A stretch of 60,563 nt of DNA, taken from the IMG/VR virus record IMGVR_UViG_3300032227_001790, positions 1 to 60,563 of that record; one strand, 5' to 3'. Below the pieces are notes generated by a model that had not been told where the DNA came from, did not search any database, and was given only the letters and a program-made list of their open reading frames with translations. Source of the DNA: a virus (taxonomy: Duplodnaviria; Caudoviricetes). A program made the position numbers and the translations under genes. This document shows, piece by piece, positions 37,821 through 48,408 of this stretch; position 1 is the first letter of the stretch; the number at the start of each line of letters is the position of its first letter.

Positions 37821-38771
37821 ATGAAACAATGGGCAATAGGACTTATGTCTAATGAAGAAAAAAGTAACATTTTAGATAAGCACAGGTCTCTATACGACGG
37901 TTATAGAACAATGCAACCTAAAATCAAAAGTGAACAACCATTATATGTTCAAGATTTTGCAAATGACAAAGGTGGTGTGACGTTGAGCAACAAGAATATA
38001 GTAACATCATACAAAAATGTTGGTATCAACGAACAAGTTCAACCAATGGAAGAAGAAAAAGAATTATGTTCAGAATGTGGTGGGATGATGCAAGAAGGAG
38101 AGTGTATGGAGTGTGGTTATGGTGGAAACATGGAAGAAGGTGAATGCATGGAATGTGGTTCGAATTACGAAATGGAAGAAGAAATGCAACAGGTAAAGGA
38201 TTTGAAAAATGTTGAAGATTTAAATCTTTCTGATAAGTTTGATTACGTTGAAGGAGAAGTTGAAGAAACAGAACAGGGAGACCCTTACGATGAATTAGAA
38301 AGTGCATATACTTTCAAAAGTAAAGGACCCAAAGATGGTGGTGATGCATACTCTGAAAAGGCTTACGACATGGACTTGGATGATGAGGAAGTTAAACCTG
38401 CATTTGATTTTGAATCTGATGGTGCAGAACCAGTATATGAAACAATGGAGTCGGCATTTTCAGACTACGAAGAGAAAGATGAAGAAATCGAAGAAGACTA
38501 TCAAGAAACTGACGAACAATATCCACGTAGACATGTTTGGAATAAAATGAGAAGAAAAAATAAGGCGGATGCGGAAGGTGAAGAGTTTGATGATAGTGAA
38601 CTTGACATGTCAGACTACGAAGAATTTGAACCAAATACCTCTTCGTGGGAAGATATAACTACAATGACTGGCGACGATGAATTTTCTTATTTGGATGAAG
38701 ATTTAAAAGAATCTGTCGTCCAACAAAAAAATAGAATTGTTGAAATGATGAATAGAATGAAAAAATTCTAA
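37821..38771 (+). CDS. very acidic protein with CxxCG repeats (head core/scaffold-like)
   Basis: CSECG, CMECG x2; Glu/Asp-rich; TATTTAT upstream. Confidence 0.7.
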   Translation: MKQWAIGLMSNEEKSNILDKHRSLYDGYRTMQPKIKSEQPLYVQDFANDKGGVTLSNKNIVTSYKNVGINEQVQPMEEEKELCSECGGMMQEGECMECGYGGNMEEGECMECGSNYEMEEEMQQVKDLKNVEDLNLSDKFDYVEGEVEETEQGDPYDELESAYTFKSKGPKDGGDAYSEKAYDMDLDDEEVKPAFDFESDGAEPVYETMESAFSDYEEKDEEIEEDYQETDEQYPRRHVWNKMRRKNKADAEGEEFDDSELDMSDYEEFEPNTSSWEDITTMTGDDEFSYLDEDLKESVVQQKNRIVEMMNRMKKF

Positions 38772-38857
38772 AATAATCCCCTCTCGACGAGGGGATTTTT
38801 ATTTCATATTATTGATACTGAAAAAAGAAGTGTTTATACTTTAAACAAATTTTAATT

Positions 38858-39448
38858 ATGCACTCTTCTCAATTTTTCATGAACTCGCTTCATAGAAACC
38901 AAACAAACCACTGTAATTACTATTATTTTGTCAATCAATTTTCAAATAATGAAATAAATGAAATCAAATATTTGGCTTCTACACTTGTCAGACAAGATGC
39001 TGTCACAGGTGAAAATACTGTTTCAAACTATAGAAAAAGTGAAGTATCTTGGATTGATGAAAATGAAGATTCTGGTTGGATTTATGATAAAATAGCGAAA
39101 TTAGCTCACGAAGCAAACAGAGAAATGTGGAACTTTGATATTTGGGGATTTCCTGATAACTTACAATACACTATCTATCACGGAAACGGTGGTCATTACG
39201 ACTGGCATTTAGACTTAGGTCCAAACATTTCGAACAGAAAACTTTCAATGGTTATGCAACTCGCAGGCCCTGATGAATATACAGGAGGAGATTTAGAAAT
39301 TAACGTTGGAGGAAGTATTTTGACAGTTCCGAAAGAAAAAGGTCTGATTTGCTTTTTCCCTTCATTCTTATTACATAGAGTAACCCCAACAACATCGGGT
39401 ACAAGAATTTCATTAGTTACATGGTTAGGAGGTAACAACTTTAAATAA
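38858..39448 (+). CDS. 2OG-Fe(II) oxygenase (PKHD/P4H-like)
   Basis: WHLD, RKLS, YTGGDL, FPSFLLHRV, RISLV. Confidence 0.92.
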   Translation: MHSSQFFMNSLHRNQTNHCNYYYFVNQFSNNEINEIKYLASTLVRQDAVTGENTVSNYRKSEVSWIDENEDSGWIYDKIAKLAHEANREMWNFDIWGFPDNLQYTIYHGNGGHYDWHLDLGPNISNRKLSMVMQLAGPDEYTGGDLEINVGGSILTVPKEKGLICFFPSFLLHRVTPTTSGTRISLVTWLGGNNFK

Positions 39449-39452
39449 GTTG

Positions 39453-40031
39453 TTACCTTTCAGTATTGAAGAAAAATACTTGGAAGAGTCTTCCATTCTC
39501 TGGAGTGTTCCCAAAGTAATCCAAAGAGACATGATAATTATCTGCTTTATACATAATAAGTCTATTGAATAGGTTTCCAAATCTATCAACCATATCCCAT
39601 TTAGTATAATCTTGGGAGTCGTGACCAGGAGGTGCTTGGTTAAGATATTGTGGGTCTTGGTTTTTATAATCAAAGGTCATCCAACCTGTCTCCTTATGTT
39701 TGAAAATTCCTGTTCCAGCAGAAATAGGTGCGTTAGGTGTTAGATATAAAACTGCTGCCCAATCAGTTGTTGAATCGGCATGTATCCAAGACCTATCAGA
39801 AGACAATGTATATTGAAACGAACCAGTATATTCTCCACCCCAATAAGTTACGTTACCTGCGAAAGGATAAACAATATTTTGGAGTGTTTTTTTCAAAGGT
39901 TCATTCAAGAACGATTCTGTTCTCATTCCAGGGTAATTACCTCTTACTTTAAATTCTTGTCTAAGTGCAAATTCTCTGACTTCCATTGGATTGGAGTAGA
40001 AGTCATCTATTACAAGTGAATTAAATCTCAT
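39453..40031 (-). CDS. 2OG-Fe(II) oxygenase-like (DUF6445-like)
   Basis: IDDFY, YPGMRT, IHAD, LYLTP..GT, FNRL, RLFQVFF. Confidence 0.8.
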   Translation of the reverse strand: MRFNSLVIDDFYSNPMEVREFALRQEFKVRGNYPGMRTESFLNEPLKKTLQNIVYPFAGNVTYWGGEYTGSFQYTLSSDRSWIHADSTTDWAAVLYLTPNAPISAGTGIFKHKETGWMTFDYKNQDPQYLNQAPPGHDSQDYTKWDMVDRFGNLFNRLIMYKADNYHVSLDYFGNTPENGRLFQVFFFNTER

Positions 40032-40121
40032 TTCCTTTTTTTACAAAAATACAAAAAATATCTTAAGAAAAAAATAGATTTTACTGAGTTTTGTGATATT
40101 TGTTTTATAAAATAGAAAGAT

Positions 40122-40430
40122 ATGGAAATCAAGGAGGTGCTCAATTATTATCTTAATAAAGATAATAATCTTTTAGAAGTGAGTTTTAGAACTATTGAAG
40201 ATAGTGAAGAATTAGTTAGGGTAGATAACATAGATTATTCTTTTGTTGAGGAATATGGATACGAATTAGAAAGTGAATCATTTGATTTTTTTGGTGCTCA
40301 AGATGAAGATGATGAGTTTATGAACGAAGAAGACTTAGATTTAGAACTTAATGAAACTGAGTTATTGAACTTTCTGAACGAATACTATACGGTTAATCCA
40401 AACAGTTTACCTTCATCTCAGCCCTATTAA
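40122..40430 (+). CDS. acidic hypothetical protein
   Basis: ORF. Confidence 0.7.
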   Translation: MEIKEVLNYYLNKDNNLLEVSFRTIEDSEELVRVDNIDYSFVEEYGYELESESFDFFGAQDEDDEFMNEEDLDLELNETELLNFLNEYYTVNPNSLPSSQPY

Positions 40431-40452
40431 TTTTAAGAAGATATTTATTTTT

Positions 40453-40698
40453 ATGAACTTCGAGTTAGAAAACTTAATATCAATTTTTAAAAAACACACC
40501 ACTTCTAAAAAAGAATTTGGTGAACAAGATGCAGGTGGTGGAAAAACATCAGGTGGAGATTCGGTATCTGCAGGTGCTACAACAGTTCCTATGTGGAAAG
40601 ATATTGTGGGAGGTCCACAAAGAGGGAAGGCAAATCAATTGGATGTTACGGTATGGAATACTGGTGCCAAAAGAGGTGTTTCTAATCAAATTTGGTAA
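40453..40698 (+). CDS. small protein with RG.AN/RG.SN repeats
   Basis: ORF, TATTTAT upstream. Confidence 0.65.
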   Translation: MNFELENLISIFKKHTTSKKEFGEQDAGGGKTSGGDSVSAGATTVPMWKDIVGGPQRGKANQLDVTVWNTGAKRGVSNQIW

Positions 40699-40724
40699 AA
40701 ATAATATATTTATAAAAAAAAGTT

Positions 40725-41711
40725 ATGTCACAACCAAAATACTCACCCCAAGAAGCCTTGGATAGGGTGAAACTCATGATGAAGTACGATACTTCAAAAA
40801 CTTTAACTGAAAATAAAAATATAATTACAGAACAAACTGCAGGTAATCCAATTACACCAAGAACATTAGGTTATGGAGCTGTTGGAACCGCAGCAGGGGC
40901 AACCATAGCAGGAGGAGGAGCTGCAGCAATGACCGCAGGTGCAACTATTGGTAGTGTTTTTCCTGTTGTGGGAACGGCAATTGGTTTGGTAGCAGGTGCA
41001 GGATTAGGAATGTTAATAGATTGGTGGGCTAGTAAAGATTATGGAAGTGAAGGATTCAAGCAAGTAATGTCGGCGTGTAGCTCCAAGGGAGCGAACAAAT
41101 TGATACCACAACTTTCTAAGGCGGATATCCGTAATATTGCATATGCAATTGAGGACGCTAAAGGGACTTGGAATGATGATGAAGATGCGATTAAATCTGC
41201 ATTAGAAAGAATTCCAACAGTCGGTGATTTGTGTGAAGTTGATAAGAAAATACCTGGAGGATTATATCAATTTTTAGATGATTTGACAGATAGTCCCAAT
41301 GAATGGAAAATGTTTACAAGACCTTTGGTAGGAATTATAGAAGACACTGATTTTAAACTTTCTGATGAAGACCAAAAAAAAGTTGAAGAAGATTGTAAGA
41401 AAAATCCCAACCAAGAAAAATGTAAAGCTGTTACACCAAGAAAAGAAAATAAAGAAAGTAAATATACATCCTGTAGTGGTACATATAAAATAAATTGTAA
41501 ATCTCCAAAAATTGGTGAGGTACAACGTTGTCTAGGTGGATTAAAAGTTGATAATGCTTTTGGTCCGTTGACAGCTGCGAAGCTTAAAGAGAAAGGCTTT
41601 GGTGAGTCATTTACAGATGCGGATGTTGCTAAAATTTGTCAGAAAAAACCCGTGGAAGATAAACCTGAAATTGGTGGAGAAGTTTCTCAAACTAAATGGA
41701 GCGATTTTTAA
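40725..41711 (+). CDS. probable virion protein: leader, glycine zipper, annexin-like motif, C-terminal PG-binding-like motif
   Basis: IITEQ; GAVGTAAG...GAGLG; DDEDAIKSAL; VQRCLG..VDNAFGPLT. Confidence 0.65.
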   Translation: MSQPKYSPQEALDRVKLMMKYDTSKTLTENKNIITEQTAGNPITPRTLGYGAVGTAAGATIAGGGAAAMTAGATIGSVFPVVGTAIGLVAGAGLGMLIDWWASKDYGSEGFKQVMSACSSKGANKLIPQLSKADIRNIAYAIEDAKGTWNDDEDAIKSALERIPTVGDLCEVDKKIPGGLYQFLDDLTDSPNEWKMFTRPLVGIIEDTDFKLSDEDQKKVEEDCKKNPNQEKCKAVTPRKENKESKYTSCSGTYKINCKSPKIGEVQRCLGGLKVDNAFGPLTAAKLKEKGFGESFTDADVAKICQKKPVEDKPEIGGEVSQTKWSDF

Positions 41712-41721
41712 ATTATTAGAA

Positions 41722-42726
41722 GTGAAGATAAAACTTGATATTGAAAAAGAGTTGGTTCTTAATTTACATAGGAATCAAAAAACTGAGAAAATGAAGCTCA
41801 GAGAACAGGCTGGAGACTTAAGGTCCAAACTTCAAGCAATGATTGATAATGGACAGACTCCAGGCGCAATTGGAATTGCTGAATTAGAAACAACAAATCC
41901 TAATAGAAGATTTGCAATAAAAAAAGAAAGTAGTAAGACAAAAGGTAAAATAATTTATTTCTTTTTAGATGGGAAATACGGTTCATTTGGTGCAGATGGA
42001 AAATTTGCATTTGGACCTGGTATTTGGACTCCAGATGAGCCAAAAAACCAAATTATCGATAGAGATTTCAAAAATGCTGAAGTTGAATCATACAAAACTA
42101 AGTATGGTGCTAAGACTAAAGAAGAGGCAATTAACTCAGGATGGGATTTGACTAACTTAAAAAAAGTAACCATCCAAGGTATTGATTTATATATACCGAT
42201 GTCAAGTGCGAATGTTGTGACTGGAGTTTCACAAAAACAAAAAGAAGCCTTAGCAGACATGAAAAGAGAATATGGTGCTAAAGAGTGGCACGAAATGACA
42301 GGTGCAGAACAAAGAAACTGGAGAGAAATGGACATTCCAAACTCCGAAAAATTATTTGGTATCAAAGTAAAACTATATAGACCACAACAAGGAGATATGA
42401 AAATAGATACCAAATCACTTGATGATTTCAGTAGAGAATACGATGTTGATGAGTCAGATTGTTCAGATTTCATCCTCAAATATTTTGATGATTATAGAAC
42501 AGACAGACCGGTACCTCCGAGTTATTTTGATAACTTCAAACCAAAAGTACAATTCTGTAAAAATAAGTTTCACAATAGATGGGGTATTAGAGCAAACGCT
42601 AGAAAATTGAATAAAATTCTTGATTTAATGTCGAGAGAGATTAGTGAATTCCAAGGTGCGAGTCTACCACCGTCTTTCCCTGTAGAAGGGTCTACTAGAC
42701 ATCAATGGTTATTGAAAAATATATAA
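41722..42726 (+). CDS. hypothetical protein (GTG start; LREQ motif)
   Basis: ORF. Confidence 0.7.
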   Translation: MKIKLDIEKELVLNLHRNQKTEKMKLREQAGDLRSKLQAMIDNGQTPGAIGIAELETTNPNRRFAIKKESSKTKGKIIYFFLDGKYGSFGADGKFAFGPGIWTPDEPKNQIIDRDFKNAEVESYKTKYGAKTKEEAINSGWDLTNLKKVTIQGIDLYIPMSSANVVTGVSQKQKEALADMKREYGAKEWHEMTGAEQRNWREMDIPNSEKLFGIKVKLYRPQQGDMKIDTKSLDDFSREYDVDESDCSDFILKYFDDYRTDRPVPPSYFDNFKPKVQFCKNKFHNRWGIRANARKLNKILDLMSREISEFQGASLPPSFPVEGSTRHQWLLKNI

Positions 42727-42728
42727 AA

Positions 42729-43394
42729 ATGGCTTTAAAAAAGGTGATAAAAAAAAGTTTGAAAGAAACTAAGGTTCATAAAGAAACTATCTTGATTGAA
42801 CAAAAAATTGTTCATTCAAGATTAAGAATGATTGTTGAAAATTTTGGTGAAGACAAGTTCAAAAATTTATCCGAAAAAGAACAAGGTAAAATTTGTGTTT
42901 TATTTTTGATGGAAATGTCTTCATTGAATGAAGAAGGGTTATTGACTGAAAATTTTATTGATACTTTGAAAAATATTTTTGGTGCAGCGTTTTGGTCTGT
43001 ACCAGAGGCATTCACCGAAAAAGCATTGAATTCTTTGTTAGGTTCTTTAGGATTTCCTGACAATTCAATAAGGAAATTCTTAGTTTCATTTTTTGCAACC
43101 AATCCTTCAGAACTATTAAAATCATTTAAAGATTGTAAAATCTTAACGAAACACATTGTGAGGGCAATTGGGGAGACTTTAATTATGAATCTCCAACAAA
43201 GTAAAGGTATGGGTGGAACTGGTATGGATATTGTTAGAAATGCCCTTCAAAATGAACTTCAAAATTTAGATTTTATTCAAAATTTAGAAAAAACATTATC
43301 AGGTTCTGTTTGTCAAGTTTTTGAAAAATATAGTGGAAATGCTAAAGAGGTGTTGGATAAATTAAAACCAGCACTTTCCCAAGCAACTAAATAG
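42729..43394 (+). CDS. hypothetical protein (LIEQ/LTE motifs)
   Basis: ORF. Confidence 0.7.
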   Translation: MALKKVIKKSLKETKVHKETILIEQKIVHSRLRMIVENFGEDKFKNLSEKEQGKICVLFLMEMSSLNEEGLLTENFIDTLKNIFGAAFWSVPEAFTEKALNSLLGSLGFPDNSIRKFLVSFFATNPSELLKSFKDCKILTKHIVRAIGETLIMNLQQSKGMGGTGMDIVRNALQNELQNLDFIQNLEKTLSGSVCQVFEKYSGNAKEVLDKLKPALSQATK

Positions 43395-43438
43395 AAAACA
43401 AAAAAAAAGGGGGTGTTCTAAAATCTAAAAAGAAGGGG

Positions 43439-44116
43439 TTAACCCTTCTTTTTTGTTTTAACAATTTCATCGATAATTCCATATTCTAAAGCTTGTTGTG
43501 AATCTAACCACAAATCTCTAGTCGCGTCTTGTTTCACTTGTTCAGCATCTTTGCCACAATACTCACCCAAAAGTGTGAAAAGAATATCGTTTAACTTGTG
43601 CCATTCCTTCATACTGATTTCAGCATCCTGAATGTTACCACCAAAACCACCTGAAGACTGATGTAACATCGTTCTTGAAAATCTGAGTGAACTTCTTTTT
43701 CCTTTAGTACCTGCACCTAATAGAATTGAACCCATAGACGCAGCCATCCCTGTGTTGACCGTAATAATATCACAAGACACATAATTCATAACGTCAACCA
43801 TAGATAATCCGGATTTAACTGAACCTCCAGGAGAATCGATATGCATCGTTATATCAGTCTTTTCTGTGTTATCTAAGAACATTAATTGAGCTTGTACAAT
43901 TGTTGACATTCTATCATCAACACCCCCTGCAACCCATATAATTCTATCTCTCATCAATCTTGAGAAGATGTCAATTTGAGTTGCCCTCATTTCTCTTTCT
44001 TCCAAGATGTAAGGGGTCATAGACGATTGAATTTGCTGTCCAAAATAATGTAGGTCCAAAGAACCTTTTCCTAAATGTTTTGTGTAGTAAGATGAAAATT
44101 CTTTTCCAATATCCAT
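43439..44116 (-). CDS. clpP: ATP-dependent Clp protease proteolytic subunit
   Basis: DIFSRL, SPGGSV, GMAASMG (Ser), MLHQ (His), RD (Asp), YGIID. Confidence 0.96.
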   Translation of the reverse strand: MDIGKEFSSYYTKHLGKGSLDLHYFGQQIQSSMTPYILEEREMRATQIDIFSRLMRDRIIWVAGGVDDRMSTIVQAQLMFLDNTEKTDITMHIDSPGGSVKSGLSMVDVMNYVSCDIITVNTGMAASMGSILLGAGTKGKRSSLRFSRTMLHQSSGGFGGNIQDAEISMKEWHKLNDILFTLLGEYCGKDAEQVKQDATRDLWLDSQQALEYGIIDEIVKTKKKG

Positions 44117-44181
44117 ATTAATTTATTTGATACAAAAATATAAAATATTAGCAACAAACCCAAAATATCGTAAATAATATT

Positions 44182-45855
44182 TTATTGTTTTGAAACCAAA
44201 AACTTATCCAAAACCAAATAGTCTAAATTCCTTTTCAAGAAAGTATTGATTGCGTTGGATGGTGTTTCAACTATTGGTTCATCAGGACCATTGAAACTCG
44301 TATTCAATAAAACGGGAATTCCAGTTGTCATATAAAATGATGTAAGTAAACTATAAAATTTGAAGTTACTATTTTCACTAACACTTTGAAATCTAGATGT
44401 CCCATCAATGTGAACAACTGAAGGTATTTTTTCTTTCCAATCATCAAAAACCTTAGCAGTCACAAGCATGTAGGGTGAGAAAAAGTTTGTATCAAAAATC
44501 TTATTCTGATGTTCATAAATTACTGCAGGTGCAAAGGGTCGATACCACTCTCTCAATTTCACTTCAGAGTTTATATAATTACTTACCCATTTAGAAGTTG
44601 GATTTGCAATTATAGAACGGTTTCCTAATGCTCTCGGGCCTATTTCAGAACCATCTTGAAACCAACCTATTACTTTATTTTCTGATAATAATTCTGAAAC
44701 TTCAAAACATAAAGTTGGAAAATTTTCAAACTCTTGAACATTTAAATTGGGAACTTCATTTATTGCTGAAATAATTTCATTTCTATCATATTTTTTACCC
44801 AAGTAGGGGTTTAAAAAAGTGTATTGTCTTACAAATGCTATTTTTTGATATGCAAACCAAGCACAACCTAACGGAATACCACTGTCATCGGAAGGTGGTA
44901 CAAAATAACATTCATCAAATAACCCTGAATCTAAGATGAGTCTGTTAGAATTACAGTTGAGAAAAGACCCACCAGCAGTACATACATTTTTTGATGATGT
45001 TAAATTCTTTGCAATTCTTGACAATATGACAGATGCTTGCTCCTGTTCTCTTTGATAAAGTCCTGCGACATCGGATTTAGATTGGAAATCTGAATTCCAT
45101 ATCACGTTTGGAAGAATTCTTATATTTGGTATATGAATGTCATTTTCCAATTCTTGTACAAGGTTTGGAATCTCATCTAATTTTTTTTGATTAGCGTATG
45201 AAGCCATACCCATAAGTTTTCCTGCACTCCAACTATGAGTTGTTTGTTCGTAAACTAATTGCAAAGAACCTTCAGAATATCTGGCACCCAAAGACGTACA
45301 TTCCTCTTCTTCAGTATCCCAAAGATGTGGTATTTTTATCCATTTTTTAAAAACTTCTGAGTAAGAATCTCTTTTGAAATGATAAATTGAAATACCCTCG
45401 GTTATATGTCTTCCTTCAGGTAATTCGGATATATCTAAATCATAAAACTGAGACAGTTTTGTTTTAGAGTTGTATATACTTCCAGAAGCGTCTGCAACAA
45501 TTACCGCAGCCTCGTCAAAGTTTGAACTGTAGAAGCTAGAATATGCATGTGCTAGATGGTGTGGAACAAAAAGTAGTTTATCATCCAAACTATATCCTAA
45601 AATTGAGGCCATTTTTTCATCAACATCATCAACCTCTTCTGTTGTACTATATGCCCATAAATTTATGTCTGAGAATTTTAGTCCCGAATGATTCAAACAA
45701 TATTGTATGGATTCAATAGGTATTTGCCCTCCCATGTATCCACCATCGTGTTTAATTCGACTAAGTCTTTCTTGAGTTATACCTATTATAACTTCTCCGT
45801 CAACAATCAGAACAGCACCTCTGTCGTGACCTACGCTGAACCCAATTATTTTCAT
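44182..45855 (-). CDS. NodU/CmcH-type carbamoyltransferase
   Basis: HD, ERLSRIKH, HHLAHA, GKLMG, GPRALGNRS, RPFAP, LNTSFN. Confidence 0.95.
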   Translation of the reverse strand: MKIIGFSVGHDRGAVLIVDGEVIIGITQERLSRIKHDGGYMGGQIPIESIQYCLNHSGLKFSDINLWAYSTTEEVDDVDEKMASILGYSLDDKLLFVPHHLAHAYSSFYSSNFDEAAVIVADASGSIYNSKTKLSQFYDLDISELPEGRHITEGISIYHFKRDSYSEVFKKWIKIPHLWDTEEEECTSLGARYSEGSLQLVYEQTTHSWSAGKLMGMASYANQKKLDEIPNLVQELENDIHIPNIRILPNVIWNSDFQSKSDVAGLYQREQEQASVILSRIAKNLTSSKNVCTAGGSFLNCNSNRLILDSGLFDECYFVPPSDDSGIPLGCAWFAYQKIAFVRQYTFLNPYLGKKYDRNEIISAINEVPNLNVQEFENFPTLCFEVSELLSENKVIGWFQDGSEIGPRALGNRSIIANPTSKWVSNYINSEVKLREWYRPFAPAVIYEHQNKIFDTNFFSPYMLVTAKVFDDWKEKIPSVVHIDGTSRFQSVSENSNFKFYSLLTSFYMTTGIPVLLNTSFNGPDEPIVETPSNAINTFLKRNLDYLVLDKFLVSKQ

Positions 45856-45857
45856 AA

Positions 45858-46091
45858 TTAAATTTTAACTAAAGTTCCTTCGTTTATATCGTCCTGTGTT
45901 CCGGTTATTTGAATAGTACCATCTTTTTTATAAACAACAATCTTATTCCAATCCTTGAATGTTGTGGTGTTATTGGGTATATCTAAAACAATACCGTTAT
46001 TATCTTCAAAAATTAATTCTAACACTTTTGATAATACTATGGAAATATCAAAGACCTTTTGCGCGTTTTCTAAATTCAAATCTAAACTCAT
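45858..46091 (-). CDS. hypothetical protein
   Basis: ORF. Confidence 0.6.
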   Translation of the reverse strand: MSLDLNLENAQKVFDISIVLSKVLELIFEDNNGIVLDIPNNTTTFKDWNKIVVYKKDGTIQITGTQDDINEGTLVKI

Positions 46092-46125
46092 GGACTATTT
46101 TTTGTTACAAAAATAGTTTTAATCG

Positions 46126-46614
46126 TTAAGAAAATAAAGTTTTTTGAAAATCATTCCAAACATTTAATAGAGCATAATTATCATTCATGATTGTTGGGAC
46201 ATAAGGAGTATGTCTCATTTTCATTTTAGCTTCTTCGGGAGTTCTGTTTGCTTTTTTCAAATTACATTTAAAACAAGATGTTACCAAATTTTCCCAAGAG
46301 TTCGAACCCCCCTTGGACTTAGGTATCACATGGTCTATAGTCAATGTTTTTTTTGAACCACAATAAACACATTCATAGTTGTCCCTTTTATATATTCTAG
46401 TTCTATTTGCTCTGTATGTTCTTTTGTGAAATCCTATGAAGCTCAGAAGTCTGATTATTAGAGGCCTTGCAAAATTTTTTACTCCACAGATAATATCTTT
46501 TACATCAGATTTTATAATTTCTGCCTTACCTTTATATACAAGATTAAAACCTCTTTTTATAGAAGTAACATTCAAAGGGCTGTAATCATAATTTAATACC
46601 AATACTTCCTCCAT
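46126..46614 (-). CDS. HNH endonuclease (McrA-like)
   Basis: [37 protein letters not shown]. Confidence 0.93.
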   Translation of the reverse strand: MEEVLVLNYDYSPLNVTSIKRGFNLVYKGKAEIIKSDVKDIICGVKNFARPLIIRLLSFIGFHKRTYRANRTRIYKRDNYECVYCGSKKTLTIDHVIPKSKGGSNSWENLVTSCFKCNLKKANRTPEEAKMKMRHTPYVPTIMNDNYALLNVWNDFQKTLFS

Positions 46615-46764
46615 TAGAATCTTTTGTTTTTAAACATATTAAAATAATTCATTTGAAAAAAGACTTATAAAATAAATACTTGATTTTTTTTTGGTATATT
46701 TGAAATTAGTTGTATTTTTGTTTCCAACATATACCCAAGATTTAATTAAAGTACGGGAATATAT

Positions 46765-46837
46765 TGACTCGTGGCGTAATGGTTAACGCGGCTCGCTCAT
46801 AACGAGAAGATTGTGGGTTCAAGTCCCTCCGAGTCAA
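46765..46837 (+). tRNA. tRNA-Met/Ile2 (CAT)
   Basis: TGACTCG/CGAGTCA acceptor, CTCG-CTCATAA-CGAG, GGTTCAAGTCC. Confidence 0.88.
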
Positions 46838-46898
46838 CAAATTAGGACTAATAACATTAAATTATGTTTTATTTCATAATTTATGATATTTATATCGT

Positions 46899-47450
46899 AT
46901 GAAAGAACAAAAAAATACATATGAGTATCAAGTGATGAGAGCGTTAAAACGAAAATTTCATTTAATTAGTCTTCATGGTGGTAAGTGTCAACATTGTGGA
47001 TATGACAAAAATTTGTCCGCACTTGATTTTCACCACAGAAACCCCGAAACAAAAAAATTTCAGTTAGACCAAAGAAGTTTAAGTAATTATTCGATGAAAT
47101 TAATTATGGAAGAATTTGAAAAGTGTGATGTTTTGTGTTCGAACTGTCATAGAGAACATCATTTTCCTGAGTTAGTTATTGAAACTATTAGAGAAAAAAT
47201 TTTAAGTTTTGACGGAAAAAAGTTTAAATGGTTAGAAATCAAAGAACAAAAAAAGTATTTTTGTGAAGATTGCTCGTGTGAAATATCAAAATGGGGTAAA
47301 AAATGTGTCGATTGTAATCACAAATCAAAAAGAAAAGTAACTCGACCAAATCTTGAAACTTTGAAAAAAGAAACTGATGTATATGGGTACGAATGGGCGG
47401 GAAGAAAATATAAAGTAACGGGGAAGACAATAAAAAAATGGTTGAAATAA
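46899..47450 (+). CDS. HNH-type endonuclease with Zn ribbon and HTH, beside tRNA
   Basis: CQHCGY...LDFHH...CDVLCSNCHREHH; CEDC..CVDC. Confidence 0.85.
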   Translation: MKEQKNTYEYQVMRALKRKFHLISLHGGKCQHCGYDKNLSALDFHHRNPETKKFQLDQRSLSNYSMKLIMEEFEKCDVLCSNCHREHHFPELVIETIREKILSFDGKKFKWLEIKEQKKYFCEDCSCEISKWGKKCVDCNHKSKRKVTRPNLETLKKETDVYGYEWAGRKYKVTGKTIKKWLK

Positions 47451-47456
47451 AAAAAT

Positions 47457-48050
47457 ATGTCGTACATAGAAAAATATAAAGTGGTTTGGCTTATGCCACA
47501 AAGAGCTTGTACAAGGTCTAGTGTGTCTCTTTTGAAACATTGTGATAGTTTCGTGAACAGAGGACATGAGCTTTCAATCCCTGAAGATAAATTAGACTAC
47601 ACCTTAGTATTCAACATAAGAAACCCTCTACCAAGAATCGTTTCAATTTATTGGTTATCGTGTTTGCACAATCGAGATTTCTACAGAAACTTTGAAGAAT
47701 GGTTATATGAACATGAGTATTGGGAAGAGGATTATCAACTTCATCTTCCATTATATTTGGAAGTATTACCCAAAAAACCCGATTACTTTGTTAGGACTGA
47801 ATTCTATAATGAAGACCTAATGAATATAAAACCATTGAAAGAATTTTTTATTTCTTTGGGTAATGACTATCATGAACAAGTTATCGAAAATCAATATATC
47901 AATGAGTTCAAAGATAAAACTGATAAGGTAAGATTGCCTTGGTATACTGAATATAATCAAAAAACGGCAGATTTTGTTTACGAAATCTGTAAACCACAAT
48001 TTGAAATGTTCGGTTATAATAAAAACTATTGGAAAGATGGCACACCCTAA
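47457..48050 (+). CDS. sulfotransferase-like protein
   Basis: PQRACTRS (degenerate 5'-PSB), IRNPLPRIVS, DYFVRTE, FEMFGY. Confidence 0.65.
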   Translation: MSYIEKYKVVWLMPQRACTRSSVSLLKHCDSFVNRGHELSIPEDKLDYTLVFNIRNPLPRIVSIYWLSCLHNRDFYRNFEEWLYEHEYWEEDYQLHLPLYLEVLPKKPDYFVRTEFYNEDLMNIKPLKEFFISLGNDYHEQVIENQYINEFKDKTDKVRLPWYTEYNQKTADFVYEICKPQFEMFGYNKNYWKDGTP

Positions 48051-48390
48051 CTTACATGCAAAGTCTTCGGCAAAAAAATTTGGAGGAAAACCTGAAGATT
48101 ATATTCATTTACACGAATGGTTAGATGAGACAAAATCTTGGTATGGTGATTCTTTACATAGAATGTTTAGACATCATAGTGAGGGTATTTTTGAAATGGA
48201 ACAAAAGTTTGGAACTGAGTTTAAAAATTCAGATGGAAAAACAGTTTACACAAGATACGTAGGCGAACAACATGTTTCAGAAGATTGTTATGGATATATA
48301 CCAAGTGCAAAGGAGTGGGTATTGAACATGAAAGAAGGTAATAGACCACAGTGGATGATACGAACAAAGAAATTAGAATTTGAAGATTGA
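48037..48390 (+). CDS. DUF6915-like protein
   Basis: MAHP..HAKSSAKKFGG.PEDY..H...D, HR..RHH, EQHV.ED. Confidence 0.75.
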   Translation: MAHPNLHAKSSAKKFGGKPEDYIHLHEWLDETKSWYGDSLHRMFRHHSEGIFEMEQKFGTEFKNSDGKTVYTRYVGEQHVSEDCYGYIPSAKEWVLNMKEGNRPQWMIRTKKLEFED

Positions 48391-48408
48391 TATTTATAAT
48401 TAAAAGTT

